From a virus: a stretch of 64,000 nucleotides of DNA. Under the pieces are notes generated by a model that did no database searches, was not told the origin of the DNA, and saw only the letters and a program-made list of their open reading frames with translations. The stretch covers positions 1-64,000 of the IMG/VR virus record IMGVR_UViG_3300029957_000006; one strand, given 5' to 3'. Both the position numbers and the translations under genes were made by a program. Positions 1 through 11,636 of the stretch are shown here, piece by piece (the first letter of the stretch is position 1; each line of letters begins with the position of its first letter).

Positions 1-167
1 GCTACATTACCACATTTAAATTCAATGGTAACTGGCAACTTTGCTACATTGCTTTGATACTTTACGGTTGCGTTCCACCATTCTTTTCGTGGCTCAACTT
101 CCTCTTTTTTGCAAGAGGTAAATACAATACCAACAAGGATTGCAATAAGGATGATAAAGTTTTTCAT
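1..167 (-). CDS. Lipoprotein, partial (runs off window)
   Basis: Hand translation from ATG 167: MKNFIILIAILVGIVFTSC-KKEEVEP; lipobox; own promoter at 206-238. Confidence 0.7.
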   Translation of the reverse strand, partial: MKNFIILIAILVGIVFTSCKKEEVEPRKEWWNATVKYQSNVAKLPVTIEFKCGNV

Positions 168-239
168 TTCTTTGGTTTTAAGTTTAACTATTCGTTTGAT
201 TGAGGCAAAGATAAGTAAAATAATCCGAACCACCAAATA

Positions 240-340
240 AAAATGTGAAGTTCTGCAACTATTATCATATCTGATAATATTTAAACTTGTTATTCTCCGT
301 CAGAAGTATTATCACAAGTTATTGCAAAGCTTCACATTTT
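240..340 (-). ncRNA. Candidate 101-nt three-way-junction RNA
   Basis: TACCTTTG at 352-345, predicted +1 at 340 = first base of 11-bp stem AAAAUGUGAAG/CUUCACAUUUU; inner stems AACUUGU/ACAAGUU and UAUUAUCA/UGAUAAUA; no ORF. Confidence 0.55.
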
Positions 341-355
341 AAAGCAAAGGTATCT

Positions 356-598
356 TTATTTATTATCAGCTCGATACATTGAGTCTAAAATTGGTAATGT
401 ATCAGCATACTCTACTTCATAAATGACATTCATACTAGTATCACCAATACTTTCACTTGTCTTTTTTTCATTAAAATACTTAGCATAAGCACGACTAATC
501 GCAAGTTGTTTTTCAAGCATTTTAGTTTTTTCGCTTTTGTATTCACCACAACTAGTTATTACTAATAAGGCAAAAAGGAGCATAGAAATTGTTTTCAT
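356..598 (-). CDS. Lipoprotein
   Basis: Signal peptide with ITSC lipobox; promoter at 617. Confidence 0.65.
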   Translation of the reverse strand: MKTISMLLFALLVITSCGEYKSEKTKMLEKQLAISRAYAKYFNEKKTSESIGDTSMNVIYEVEYADTLPILDSMYRADNK

Positions 599-648
599 AA
601 TTATTTGTTTAGTTTACAAAGGTATATAAAATTATTGAATTTACCAAG

Positions 649-924
649 TTAAAGTCTAAATTTCTTTTCTATTTGATCATCTGTAAATCTGTCACTACCT
701 TGCACTTTTAAATCTAATCTTCCTTTTGTATTAGGATGACATTTATGGCGAAATTCGTGAATGATTCGTTTATCCTCTCTAAAACTTCCCATATATGCCC
801 AAGATTCTCCTTCATTAGTAGCAATTGAAGGTTCTATTAATTTCTCATTTATTGGATGAGAACTCAACCAATTCCACGCATATTCCCATTCAATAGAACC
901 TATTTTCAACAATATTAATTCCAT
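649..924 (-). CDS. Hypothetical protein
   Basis: ORF; ATG at 924 just downstream of TATATTTG box. Confidence 0.7.
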   Translation of the reverse strand: MELILLKIGSIEWEYAWNWLSSHPINEKLIEPSIATNEGESWAYMGSFREDKRIIHEFRHKCHPNTKGRLDLKVQGSDRFTDDQIEKKFRL

Positions 925-1001
925 AAACAAATATACTATTTTAATTCAAACAAATCAAATAAAACTTGAAATATTTCTTACTTATTAGTATATTTGTAAT
1001 A

Positions 1002-1535
1002 ATGAGAGACAAAATCAAAGCTAGTATAACCAATGCTTTACATCATGAAAAACATAAAGCTGAGATTAAAGAACGTAAACGTTTATGGTATTTAGCAAAT
1101 AAAAAAGACGTAAAAATTAAGAATAAAATTTGGCGTAATGCAAACAAGACACATCTAAACTCTTATCAGATAGAATATTCTAATAAGCAGTATAAAACTA
1201 ATAGTACCTATAAACTTAAAACTAGAATTCGTAAAGCTATTAGAGAATCGTTTAATAGTCATGGATTTAAAAAAACGTCAAAAACTCAAATAATATTGGG
1301 ATGTTCATTTGATGAATTTAAAATACATATTGAAAATCAGTTTGAATCATGGATGACTTGGGAAAATCATGGTTTATTTAATTCTCAACCTAATTACGGA
1401 TGGGATATTGACCATATCATTCCATTAGCAAGTAGTAAATGTAAAGAAGATATAATAAAACTAAATCATTATACCAATCTCAGACCACTTTGTAGTTATA
1501 CTAATAGAATTGTTAAACGAGACAAATTATTTTGA
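1002..1535 (+). CDS. HNH endonuclease (LGCS..F..H.E..F..WM.W.NHG...WDIDHIIPL type)
   Basis: WDIDHIIP and HYTNLRPL motifs; paralog of 19275; likely start ATG 1002 after TATATTTG 989-996. Confidence 0.85.
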   Translation: MRDKIKASITNALHHEKHKAEIKERKRLWYLANKKDVKIKNKIWRNANKTHLNSYQIEYSNKQYKTNSTYKLKTRIRKAIRESFNSHGFKKTSKTQIILGCSFDEFKIHIENQFESWMTWENHGLFNSQPNYGWDIDHIIPLASSKCKEDIIKLNHYTNLRPLCSYTNRIVKRDKLF

Positions 1536-3034
1536 TTTGATAAACTTTTCCTTAAGAGACTTCTCAAGAGTTTGAGCAAAATCATTAAAGTCACCTCTAT
1601 TTGGTGGCATATAAGTTGATCGTATTTGCAACCCTTTTTGAGGTTCGCAAACTTGTTTTTCTTTTTTAAATAAAAAGTATCTCATAAAAATTTAATTAGG
1701 ATAATTACCAAGACTAAAGATACAAATTTCTTCCAAAGCTTCTATTTTACCATCTCTATAATCTTCTTCTTCCAATATTGCATAAATCCGTATGTTTTCG
1801 TTTTTAGTTTTAATCAATTCGTCTTTTTTAGCATAAGCTTGTTTTTTAGCTTCACCATATCCGAGTTTCTTAATATCAAAATGGTAATCTTGATTATCAG
1901 TAAAAACATGGAGATAATGATAGTCTTTAACCTTTAAATATTTTTTAGGCACATTGTTATAAGTTGCAGACATATTAAGTGTTTTATTAGTTAAAGCAAA
2001 GATAAGTTAAATAAATGAAACCACCAAATAAATGGTGGATTAATTTATCCTTCGAGTATAATATTCTCTAAAAATTCAAATTGTTTATCTGTAAAATTTC
2101 CAACTGTATGTATTTCATATTTGATATTTTCAAATATTTCTCCTTCAATTTCAACAGTAGTAATTGTTGCTACATCTAACATAGCACCAATAAGACTTTC
2201 ATAGCCCATACCACTATCTAAGCTACCGTTTTCCACTCGATTTTCAGCTTCTTTTAATAGTTCATCAATGGTATTAGCTTTAAGTGTTAGAGCTTTATAA
2301 GCACCTTCACCACCACCCCAATAATTGCCATATACTAAACCAGTGGATTGGTATTTAATTTTTTTGTTTGTTGCTTTTAACATTGTATATATGTTTTAAT
2401 TAGTATAAGGCAAAGATAAGTAAAAGATTTGAGACCACCAAATTTATTTGATAATTAAATAATCTTCAATCGTTCCGTTAAGGATAGCATCAAGATGTTC
2501 GTCACTTCCAAGTACCAGTAAAATTTCAACACCTGTAAGTGGTATCATAAAGAGACTCTTCCAATAAACAAGTCCTTCAAGTGTTACGTCAATTTCAGAT
2601 AACTCAGGAGTATCAATATAATCAAGATTAATGTCATCTACTTGACACTCCAACTCCTCAGCAATGATACCTTTCATCTTTTCGATTCCATTAATTTCTA
2701 GGTCTCGATCTTCGATGTAAACTACCTCACCATTGATTTTAAATAATATCTTCTTATTCATAATTAAATTTTAATACTAATTCAACTCTACCTTTATTCT
2801 TTTTGATTGGTTTACCCGACTTATTCCATTGAGCGCAAATGTACCCTTCATGCAAATTTTCACTGCCAAATAGAGGGTCTTTAACCAAGCCGACAAATAT
2901 ATTATCAACTGGGAGCCAACGTAAATCCTTTACTGGATAGCCTTCAATCGTTTCTGTGATATTGGTTATGTTTTCTGCCATGGGGTAAAGATAGATATAA
3001 AAAATGAATCCCCCAAATATTTGGAGGATTATTT

Positions 3035-3814
3035 TTATGCTACCTTTTCTTTTTTCATTCGGCTAAACATCTTTTCAATTTCTGCCTTTGTAAGGACTTC
3101 AAATTTATCAAATCCCTTGCTTGCTTTAAGATTGGTTTTGATATTGCTGTTTACGATCTTTTGTTGATCTTCAACACTCATTTTAACCTTGCTTCGGTCA
3201 TGGTCACCAAAATAATACGGGTTTGTACTTTCAATGGTTTCACCGTAATAAGCAGATACATATTCCTTTGCACTTACTGGAGTAAGACTTGGCAAACGAC
3301 TTGCACTATAAGAGTCTTTAAGGTCTTGCTCATAAATATTCATATAGCAATACTTGTTTTCCACCAAGTCAATAATGGTAATTCCATCGTTATTATCACC
3401 AAGTGTATAATCAAAATTGATACCCTCATCTTCTTTACCGATGTACCAAGCACTACCTATCCCTGCATCCAAAGAGGTTGTCGCTTTTGGTCTGTAATTA
3501 AGGATAAAAGCAATAGCACTGATAATACGATCTTTGCTGTTAAAATTACCCTCCATACCTCTTACACTAAAAGGACAATCGTAAGCTTCTTTACTTTCTG
3601 TTTTTTGTTCACGTGTAAATTGCTTACCAAATTGCAATAGTCCTAATGCTGTGTGCAAGGCACTACGACCATAAAGCCATTGGTGGTGATATGCAAGGAT
3701 TGCAAATTCTCCAGTGCCAAACTCCTTTTCGAGTTCTTTACGTTCTTTTGGTTGTGCTGACAAATGTTTTGCAGGGTTTGCAATTTTGATAAAAAGTTGG
3801 TGTCTTTGTCCCAT
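3035..3814 (-). CDS. Hypothetical protein (MGQRHQ N-terminus)
   Basis: 259-aa ORF with promoter at 3841. Confidence 0.75.
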   Translation of the reverse strand: MGQRHQLFIKIANPAKHLSAQPKERKELEKEFGTGEFAILAYHHQWLYGRSALHTALGLLQFGKQFTREQKTESKEAYDCPFSVRGMEGNFNSKDRIISAIAFILNYRPKATTSLDAGIGSAWYIGKEDEGINFDYTLGDNNDGITIIDLVENKYCYMNIYEQDLKDSYSASRLPSLTPVSAKEYVSAYYGETIESTNPYYFGDHDRSKVKMSVEDQQKIVNSNIKTNLKASKGFDKFEVLTKAEIEKMFSRMKKEKVA

Positions 3815-3872
3815 GTTGTTTTTTTTTTAATTGGTATGTGCAAATATAGATAATAAAAACTAATCCACCAAA

Positions 3873-4430
3873 TTAATGGCTATTTTCTTTTATTAATTCT
3901 TTTATTCTAGTTGTGTAGGTTGAGTCCCCTGCATACGTTTGTGCAAGATAATCAAATAATTCATCCTTAGTTTTAATATCCGATAAATATTGTGCTGAGT
4001 AAAAAGCATAATCCACCACACACTCACGCCAATTGTCATAATAAGCAAATCCATTCTCCTCTCCCTTATTGGTAGTTGGTCGCTTAGTCGCAACCCTCAT
4101 ACCAAACATATTGTTATTCTCCTTAAAAATAGGACTGGTAAAGTTTCCGCTTTCCAATTCAGCTTGTGCCAATACAACCTCAGGATATTTGATATTCAAT
4201 TCTAGGATATAAGCTTTCAATTTTTCACGGCTAAATTCATTTTGCTTATCAGCTTCCTTAAGGATAATTTGCTTGGTTTCTTCACTGATAAAACGTACAT
4301 CGTTTACATGATTCAAAGCTACCAATACAATAGCCAGTGTAAATAGGATAACAAATCCAAACATTACCAATACCATTCTACCTGTGATCTTTTTGTAGGT
4401 AAGACTGATTTTATCAAACTTGTATATCAT
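3873..4430 (-). CDS. GH73 glucosaminidase-family peptidoglycan hydrolase with N-terminal TM helix
   Basis: AQAELESG..S....NNMFGM and Y..W..C..DY...YA motifs of FlgJ/GH73. Confidence 0.8.
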   Translation of the reverse strand: MIYKFDKISLTYKKITGRMVLVMFGFVILFTLAIVLVALNHVNDVRFISEETKQIILKEADKQNEFSREKLKAYILELNIKYPEVVLAQAELESGNFTSPIFKENNNMFGMRVATKRPTTNKGEENGFAYYDNWRECVVDYAFYSAQYLSDIKTKDELFDYLAQTYAGDSTYTTRIKELIKENSH

Positions 4431-7400
4431 AGTCGTTTAGTTTAGATGGCAAAGATAGTAATAAAAAACGAAACCTCCAAACTTATGGAGGTTTTATTTT
4501 TAACTCTGTGTGACCATTATATAATCACTTTCGATCATTTCTGCCAACTCATCCAATTGGTCAAGGACTTTTTTAGGTACTTGTTCATCATTGGGATATT
4601 CTGCCAATTCACTACTGATTTCTTCAAAGATACCACCATGATAAATCTTTTCACTTACTCGTGTAGCATCATCAAACGCTTCACGACCTTTCAACAACTT
4701 CACAACACCATCCAATAAAGCATTCTCAGGGATAGCAACCATACTCAAAGGAGCAAGGACGGTTGAGAGTTTAACCAATTCAATCTTCCCCTCAAACATA
4801 CGGGCTTTCTTAAGTGCTTCGCCTCGTGTATAGGTTTGTATTACACCAAACCCTGCAAGATACCCATCTTTAATTTGATCGGGTTGTGCATAGTGTTTAG
4901 CATTAAGTTTTACTCTGTATCGTTTCATGGCTTTGTTTATTGGTATGGTGCAAAGATAGATAATGTTTTTGAATCCACCAAATAAATCTAGGATTATTTT
5001 TAATCAGCTAATATTTGTTCCCATAAGGCTTTGCGTACTGGTGACCAAATTTTATACTCAGCATTGGCAAAGGCTTTTTTCGTTGCATACATTCTAGCAT
5101 ACTTAGGGTTATCTTTATCATTCTCATGTTTTGTAACACTCCCAAGACCAATAACAAGTCCATTGCGTTTAACCACGCATTGAGTCGTTTTAGCCCAATG
5201 CTTTCCCTTATGGGTTATTTGCATAGGATGACCAACTAAAAACTCAATACTAAAGATTAACCCTTCAAACGTATATGTAATTTCTTTTGTCATGGTGCAA
5301 AGATAAGTATTTATTTTGACTCTACCAAATGTTTTTTCATTTTTTCACTCATCCATGTATAACCCTTTTCTAGGTCTTCCATTAAACTAAGATAAGCTGA
5401 GTATTCATTGCTTACCATTTTCATTTTCCGATTAAGCATGATAACACTACCATTCTCATCACCATCGACAAAATTCACATAGTAAATATGCTTAGGAGTT
5501 TCCATCGCTCTCTCAAAGCTTCCCATGATGGATTTCAACCTCGTTTGTTTTCTCAGATTCATAAAAGATTATTTAGGGTTTTTAAGATTGTAATCAGCAA
5601 CAACTTTTTTATACTCTCCCATCAACTCCTCATACATTCCCTCATTGAGTGGCTTGAGCTTGGTAAATTGTGAGCCAACATTTGCTTCTTGTGGTGTCCT
5701 CGTTCCTAAACGAATTCCACGTATGCCATTCTTAATATTTTTGATATACAAGTCTTCGCTTCCCATATAGATTATTTGTGAAAGGGCTTAGCCCTTAAAT
5801 TTATCATTGTACAAATACACGTGCCATCCAATAATTACTGAGGCTCTCAAACTCTTGCTCATTACAAGCATTTGCAAACCCTTCCACTGAGTAAACCAAT
5901 ACACGTTCAGCTTCGTCATCATCTTCACCAATTAATTCGGCTGTAATTCTCTCAGCAACATCACCAAGTTTTACAAATACTTCACCTTTGTTTTTTTGAG
6001 CAACTTCTTTTGAGTTTTCAAAATCAACAGGGATCAATACAATATATTCTCTTAACATGGTTATTTGTTTTTATATGAAAGGGTTATTAACCCTTAGATT
6101 ATTTTGTTCGTTCAATGATAGATAGGATTTCTAAAGCATCTGTTATTCCAAGTTCTTTTAATGGATATAACAAACCATCTTCACCAAGATCAGGGTCGGT
6201 ACAATATACCCCATCTTTACAAACAGCTTCCAAGTCATTGTTTGCTTCGTCTTCAAAGACTTCAAACTTTATAACCCGTCCACCTAGTGCTTTTTTAATA
6301 GCATCAATAACACTTTTATGGAGTTGATTATATTGTTTTCTAAAACCAATTGATTGTCTAACCTTTTTAGTCAATCGCTTAGCCTTTTCTTCTTTGCTTT
6401 CAGCATATTGATTGCGACCTTTTTGTGTTGATAAATCGTGTATCATATTTAGTGTTTTAATGTGAATGCAAATATAGATATTAATATCCATATTTGCAAA
6501 TTTATTATCGGTAATAAATCTTTGCGTAAACCAATGGATAACCACTATTTCCCCAAACTATATACCCATCATCCACCACTTCATAATTTCCATTTACTAA
6601 TTCAGTGTAATAAGTATAACACTCTTTTAATACCTTTGGATTGGTTGTTTCAATTTCAGGATAAAAAGCAAAACAATTTTCTTTTGGGTGTCCAGTATAA
6701 AGGATTTTTCGTTTGGTACGACCACGACCATAATCGCTTATGCTTACAGCTTCATAAAATGCTCTAGCTGTTACTGGTTTTCCATCAATGATAAGTCCCA
6801 ATTCTTTTAATTTCTCATGCAAAAATGGGATATACAATTCAAAACACGCTTCAAAATCTTTCATGCTCATCCACTCACCAAACACAATACATCCATTACG
6901 ATCTTCGTCAAACGATACACGGTAAGGATTAAAGGGTTTAAATATGGAGTGCCCTATTGTTAAGGATAACATACCACGCTTCATCATACAAAGCGTATTT
7001 TCAGGATACTGGATAGTTGCTTTCATGGGACAAAGATAATACTATTTATCGACCTGTGCAAATTTTTTGTAAACATTATTGATCTTCATTGATAAACTCA
7101 CCATATTCCTTACGATCTTTATACATTCCTTTGTTATCAATCAAAACACCATCCACCTCAATCAATACATGACAAATATCAATATCATCTTCGTCAATGG
7201 TTTTGCCATCATTAAAAACCAATAACTCTTTAGGTTTCTCTGTGATAACATAAATCTTTGGGTTGAGTTCCAAATCATTCAATACCGTATATAATTCTTC
7301 GGCAAATACACAACATCCACCATATTCAATATATGGGACTTTAGTATTGAGTTTTGGGAGTTCGGCTACAACGTATTGGTACATAGTGTTTCTCTTTTGT

Positions 7401-8067
7401 TATGAGACAAATGTAAACTAAATAATTGAAACCTCCAAATAAATGGAGGATTATTTTTACGGTTGGATTATTTCCAAAAATACACGTGCAATTTGTGTTA
7501 CACGGTTACGATTGTGCCACTCCACAAAATCATCAACATTTTGGTGATCAAGGTCTTCGTCATGTTCCTCTAACTTATTAAACTCTTCCCAAGATTCTTC
7601 AATCTCTTCTTTAGCATCAATAAGTTTATCAGCTTGGATTACAGATACAAGTCCAAGACTCTCTTCTGATTCGCTGTCATTTAATTGATAAAGCATAGTA
7701 GTTTGTTTTAATTGGTTAAGGCAAAGATAAACTATTTTTCTGACTCTTCCAAATTTATTTTATGTAAATTAAATGGCTCAGCATCCAAATAATACTCACA
7801 GGTATAACCTACCTTTTCCAAATCTTCCACCAAGTCACGACAAGCCTTATACCCGTCTTTCTTATCCCATGTCTTCTCATGCTTCTTTAATACCTTTTGC
7901 ACATCTTTCGGGAGGTCTTCGATATGCTCAAACATATCAATCTCGTTTGCTTCGTTATTATCCATGAGACAAATATAAATAAGATAATTGAATCTACCAA
8001 ATAAAATAAGAAAATAATTCCATCAAATAAATTTGGTAGTCTCGAAAACATTCCCTACATTTGTCCT

Positions 8068-8135
8068 GTTGATTGAATGATCAACGTGACGTGGCTCGAA
8101 AGATGACGGGAGGTATACTCCGACCTACCTTATAT
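8068..8135 (+). ncRNA. Structured RNA family, copy 1
   Basis: Promoter TTTG 8032/TACATTTG 8056-8063; P1 GUUGAU/AUCAAC, P2 CG..CG, then GGAGGUAUACUCC 8109-8121. Confidence 0.65.
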
Positions 8136-8224
8136 TTTCATAGGACCAAAAAACGAAAAACCCTAACCGACAAAGATAGGGCTTTTCTACCAATTAAACA
8201 AATTTACTTTTCAACAAATAATGA

Positions 8225-8244
8225 ACAAGGGTTTTACCCCTTGT
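8225..8244 (-). terminator. Hairpin after DUF932 gene
   Basis: acaaggg-ttttac-cccttgt directly after the stop codon. Confidence 0.5.
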
Positions 8245-8247
8245 CAT

Positions 8248-9156
8248 TTATGCCATTTCCAATAATCCGCTTTTACGCATTGCAAACTTAAGTGAGGCTT
8301 GATTCATTTTGTAACCCCCACCAATCAACACACTTTCCATACGTGCATTATCACGTTTTGGGATGCTCATTTCATGAGTGGTAAAGCTTGTCACACCACT
8401 GTGCAGTCCCCAAACATTATCGCCTTTATCAGCCATTTCACGGTCAATATGGTTATAGAGTTTGTCCATCAAATTAATACTACGTGTTGACTTTTTGGAG
8501 ATTTCGTCAACACTAGTCAATACACGGTCATAACCCAATACATACTTCACCAATTCATGAGCCATTGCCTTAGATACTTCTGTACTTGCAAATCGGTTAT
8601 ATACTTCGATTTGACGTAAAGACTCATTTAAAGCAATTTCAATCAATTGTGGGATAGTACGCAACTTTTGCTCAAGAGTTGCTGTATGTCTAAATTTAGC
8701 ATCCCCTTTCGCATAAAATTTAGCAAACTGATTTGAGCAACTCATTGTCAAATCACCAATACCAATTGACAAACTGGTACTTCCATCATTGCTATCAATG
8801 ATCGTTACATAACGTTTGATAATGTCATTTGCAACCTTTCCAACTCCCTCAATTCCCAATTGCATAAACACCTTGCGACCACCATTAAGGCTACCCGCTT
8901 TTGTAACGGTCAAATCATTTCCAAAAAGTTCCATTCCACGCAAAACAAGCTCAACAATATCCTTGTTCTGAGATACGGTATAACCTTCTTTTACGGTATT
9001 GATAACTTCATTTGTCTTGCTGTTAATCAGCCCAAAATAAGGGCTAACAACTTGTTTACCATCTTTACTGAGGGCTACCATTGGAGCCTTCTCAATTGTA
9101 AAATCCAAACCATTTTCTGTAAGGATTGTGTCAACTTTGTTTTGGTTGTTTGTCAT
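8248..9156 (-). CDS. DUF932 family (phage/plasmid-like, TIGR03299-type) protein
   Basis: Y...QN, AGSL.GG.KVF, SNDGS, CSNQF..RHT, NVWGL..GVT motifs; start moved to ATG 9156 because a promoter lies at 9186. Confidence 0.75.
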   Translation of the reverse strand: MTNNQNKVDTILTENGLDFTIEKAPMVALSKDGKQVVSPYFGLINSKTNEVINTVKEGYTVSQNKDIVELVLRGMELFGNDLTVTKAGSLNGGRKVFMQLGIEGVGKVANDIIKRYVTIIDSNDGSTSLSIGIGDLTMSCSNQFAKFYAKGDAKFRHTATLEQKLRTIPQLIEIALNESLRQIEVYNRFASTEVSKAMAHELVKYVLGYDRVLTSVDEISKKSTRSINLMDKLYNHIDREMADKGDNVWGLHSGVTSFTTHEMSIPKRDNARMESVLIGGGYKMNQASLKFAMRKSGLLEMA

Positions 9157-9254
9157 AAGAGTAGTATTTGTTTGTTGGTATGGTGCAAAGATAGATAATG
9201 TTTTTGAATCTACCAAATAAATCTAAGGTTATTTTAAATTATTTTTGGACCATC

Positions 9255-9322
9255 CTAAATTCGCCTAAGGTGGAGTATACCTCCCGTTCTCCTCAAGAAA
9301 AACGTCCCGTTGAATTAACAAC
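9255..9322 (-). ncRNA. Structured RNA family, copy 2
   Basis: Promoter TTTG 9358-9355/TACCTTCG 9334-9327; GUUG-UUAAUU-CAAC GGGA CGUUUUUC-UUGA-GGAGAACG GGAGGUAUACUCC ACC. Confidence 0.65.
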
Positions 9323-9373
9323 AGGACGAAGGTAAGTAAAATATTTTAATCTACCAAATATTCTTACAGATTC

Positions 9374-9754
9374 TTACAGATTCTTTTCAATGTAACTGGC
9401 AATCATTTTAAACGACTTACCATCATCATTCATTGTTGATAATTTGTCAACGATTGGATTATAGTCCTCATCCATAGTATTGTTGCTACCTTTTAGGATG
9501 TTAGGTACTTTTATATTTTTCAATTTTTTTCCAAAATCATCTTTATCCATAAAACCTTTATTGATAATATCCATTTTTGGGTGTGCTACTCGGCAAGCTA
9601 CACCTAAACAACAATACCCACCACCATTGCTAAACAATACTCTTTTAGCTTGTTCAAATTTACCACTTCGCAATGCTTCAAGCCATTTCTTTTTAAATGC
9701 TTTAGGCAATCGCACATCACTTACTTTATTGGTTTTTGAATTTCTGATTTTCAT
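9374..9754 (-). CDS. Conserved phage hypothetical protein (W..ALRSG..Q...YCCLGV...ND.G.SF..IA)
   Basis: Recognisable phage motif pattern, function unknown. Confidence 0.7.
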   Translation of the reverse strand: MKIRNSKTNKVSDVRLPKAFKKKWLEALRSGKFEQAKRVLFSNGGGYCCLGVACRVAHPKMDIINKGFMDKDDFGKKLKNIKVPNILKGSNNTMDEDYNPIVDKLSTMNDDGKSFKMIASYIEKNL

Positions 9755-10662
9755 AGGTTGAGTTATTGATTAGGACAAAGGTAATATAAATAATTAAGAC
9801 TACCAAATTTATTTTAAAAATTCGTGGACTCCTTAAAGTCAGGGTTATTTCTGATCAGGTTTTTTATATCCATTTGTACGGGAGAGGGTTTTTCAATCTT
9901 CTCAATAGCACTGACAATAGCTAAGAGTTTACCAATACTAACCCCAGTCAAATCAAATGTACCTTGTTTATTTCGCTTAACGATCATTGTAGTATAGTTT
10001 ATGTGAAACCACCATTCGGTGGTTCGATGCTAACCTTGTGCGATTTCAAATCGGTAGGCTTTTTTGCCCTTAAGGTTGCATACACGGATAAAGGATTTTA
10101 CCTTGTGATCTTCCCCAGTTACAAACATTGTTGTAGTTGCACCTGAGTAATTTGCTTTAACACCATAAGCATTGGCGTTTCCGATAAATGTTGCTTTGTT
10201 CATAGAGTGGTTTTTATTATTTAATTGAGTGAGGCAAAGATAAGTTATTTATTTGAGACTACCAAATTAATTTTCAATATATAAAAATTTAATCTTTTTA
10301 ACTGTTTCTTCACCTAATGGGCTTAAGCCTGTTTCAGTCCAGTTATTATCAACATCGTGTAAGGTTTGCAAATGACTCAAAAAAGCTCGTCCCATTTCTT
10401 GTAATTCACTTGGGAGTTTATCAAATACTTTATCATTGGAGACACCACCTAATTTATCCAATTGCTTACAGAGTTCCTTTAAACGACCAACAGCACATCC
10501 TTCACTTACACCTTCAATTGGTGAGTATAAACAAGCAGTTACTAATTCAGCCCTATTTTTACTTGTAAAGTAATTGAGTGTTGATTCCAATACTGCTAGT
10601 CGTTTCTTTTGGATTTCATTCATGGTAATGATGTTTTAATTGGTTAAGGCAAAGATAATAAC

Positions 10663-11448
10663 TTATTTCGAGACTGCCAAACTTTTCTTCACTTTTTTAT
10701 AAACCCCTTCCAATTTATTCTCAATAGCTAAGGTACGGATAGCAAAACCACTTTCAAACGCTTTAAGATTATTTGCACCCTTACCAGTCATTTTCTTATA
10801 ACGCAACCCACATATAACCCCCTTAGGGTCTAAAAAACGTAGGTCATCCTTATCAGCGTCAATAACTTCGTACCCTTCATATTCCTTTGGCGTAACATCA
10901 AATACCATTGCTACATTAATTCCACGACCTAACAACTCCATTGCTTTCTTATGGTTCGTTTCAGAGCGACTAAAAGTCAAATGATAGTTAGAGGGTAGAG
11001 CCTTGTCAAAACGTGTCCAGTTCTTTGTATAATCGTAAAACTGTACGTCAGGGTAAACTTCAAAAATATTCTTACCATTAAAAATTTTAAAGTTTTCGTA
11101 TGGCAAATCACTTGTACCATTCAAACGGATAGTAATATTTGCTTTACCTTCATTCTTTTTAACCGCTTTAGCAATTTCAGTTTTAACTTGATTCAAAAAC
11201 TCAATACGATCTTTCAAAAAATACTCCGTTTTATTCATTCGACCTTTCATTACAGCCGTATACATCCCACCAAAACCACTACCAACTAAACAACTTTCAG
11301 CACATCCCTTACTTGCATGACTGCAAACATTCTTACCTAAGCTATTAGACTTAAAAGGAGACATATAAAGGATATAGGTAATATAACCTAATTTTTCACC
11401 TTTAATTGTTTTCTTATTGTTGGTAGATAAAAGTGGTGTACGTTTCAT
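10663..11448 (-). CDS. Gp88-like protein (Cys-cluster, radical-SAM-like)
   Basis: C.HAS.GC...CL, RLNGTSD, FYDYTK, YHLTFS, D.DDLRFLDP motifs. Confidence 0.75.
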   Translation of the reverse strand: MKRTPLLSTNNKKTIKGEKLGYITYILYMSPFKSNSLGKNVCSHASKGCAESCLVGSGFGGMYTAVMKGRMNKTEYFLKDRIEFLNQVKTEIAKAVKKNEGKANITIRLNGTSDLPYENFKIFNGKNIFEVYPDVQFYDYTKNWTRFDKALPSNYHLTFSRSETNHKKAMELLGRGINVAMVFDVTPKEYEGYEVIDADKDDLRFLDPKGVICGLRYKKMTGKGANNLKAFESGFAIRTLAIENKLEGVYKKVKKSLAVSK

Positions 11449-11573
11449 AAATAAGTAGTTTTAATTGGTATGGGACAAATGTAGTCTATTTATTCCATTC
11501 CACCAAATTTATTTAATAAATTTATTCTACAAATTTATTTGGTAGTCTCGTTTTTTATTCCTACATTTGTCTT

Positions 11574-11636
11574 GTCAATATGACGGGACGGTAGCCCACT
11601 CGCTAGCGGAAGGTATACTCCACCCTACCTTATATT
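11574..11636 (+). ncRNA. Structured RNA family, copy 3
   Basis: Promoter TTTG 11538/TACATTTG 11562-11569; GUCA-AUA-UGAC GGGA CGGUAGC-CCACUC-GCUAGCG GAAGGUAUACUCC ACCCUACCUUAUAU. Confidence 0.65.

Noticed and set aside
5781-10025. Small AAGGG/CCCTT and AACCACC/GGTGGTT hairpins (5781, 6079, 8227, 10007)
   Set aside because: Adequately explained as ordinary terminator or stabiliser hairpins after stop codons.
11590-11630. Resemblance of ncRNA copy 3 to 16S helix 45 (GGTAGCC..CGGAAGGT..CACC) or a tmRNA/tRNA end (CTCCACC)
   Set aside because: Not shared by all copies, no CCA end, no T-loop; likely coincidental.
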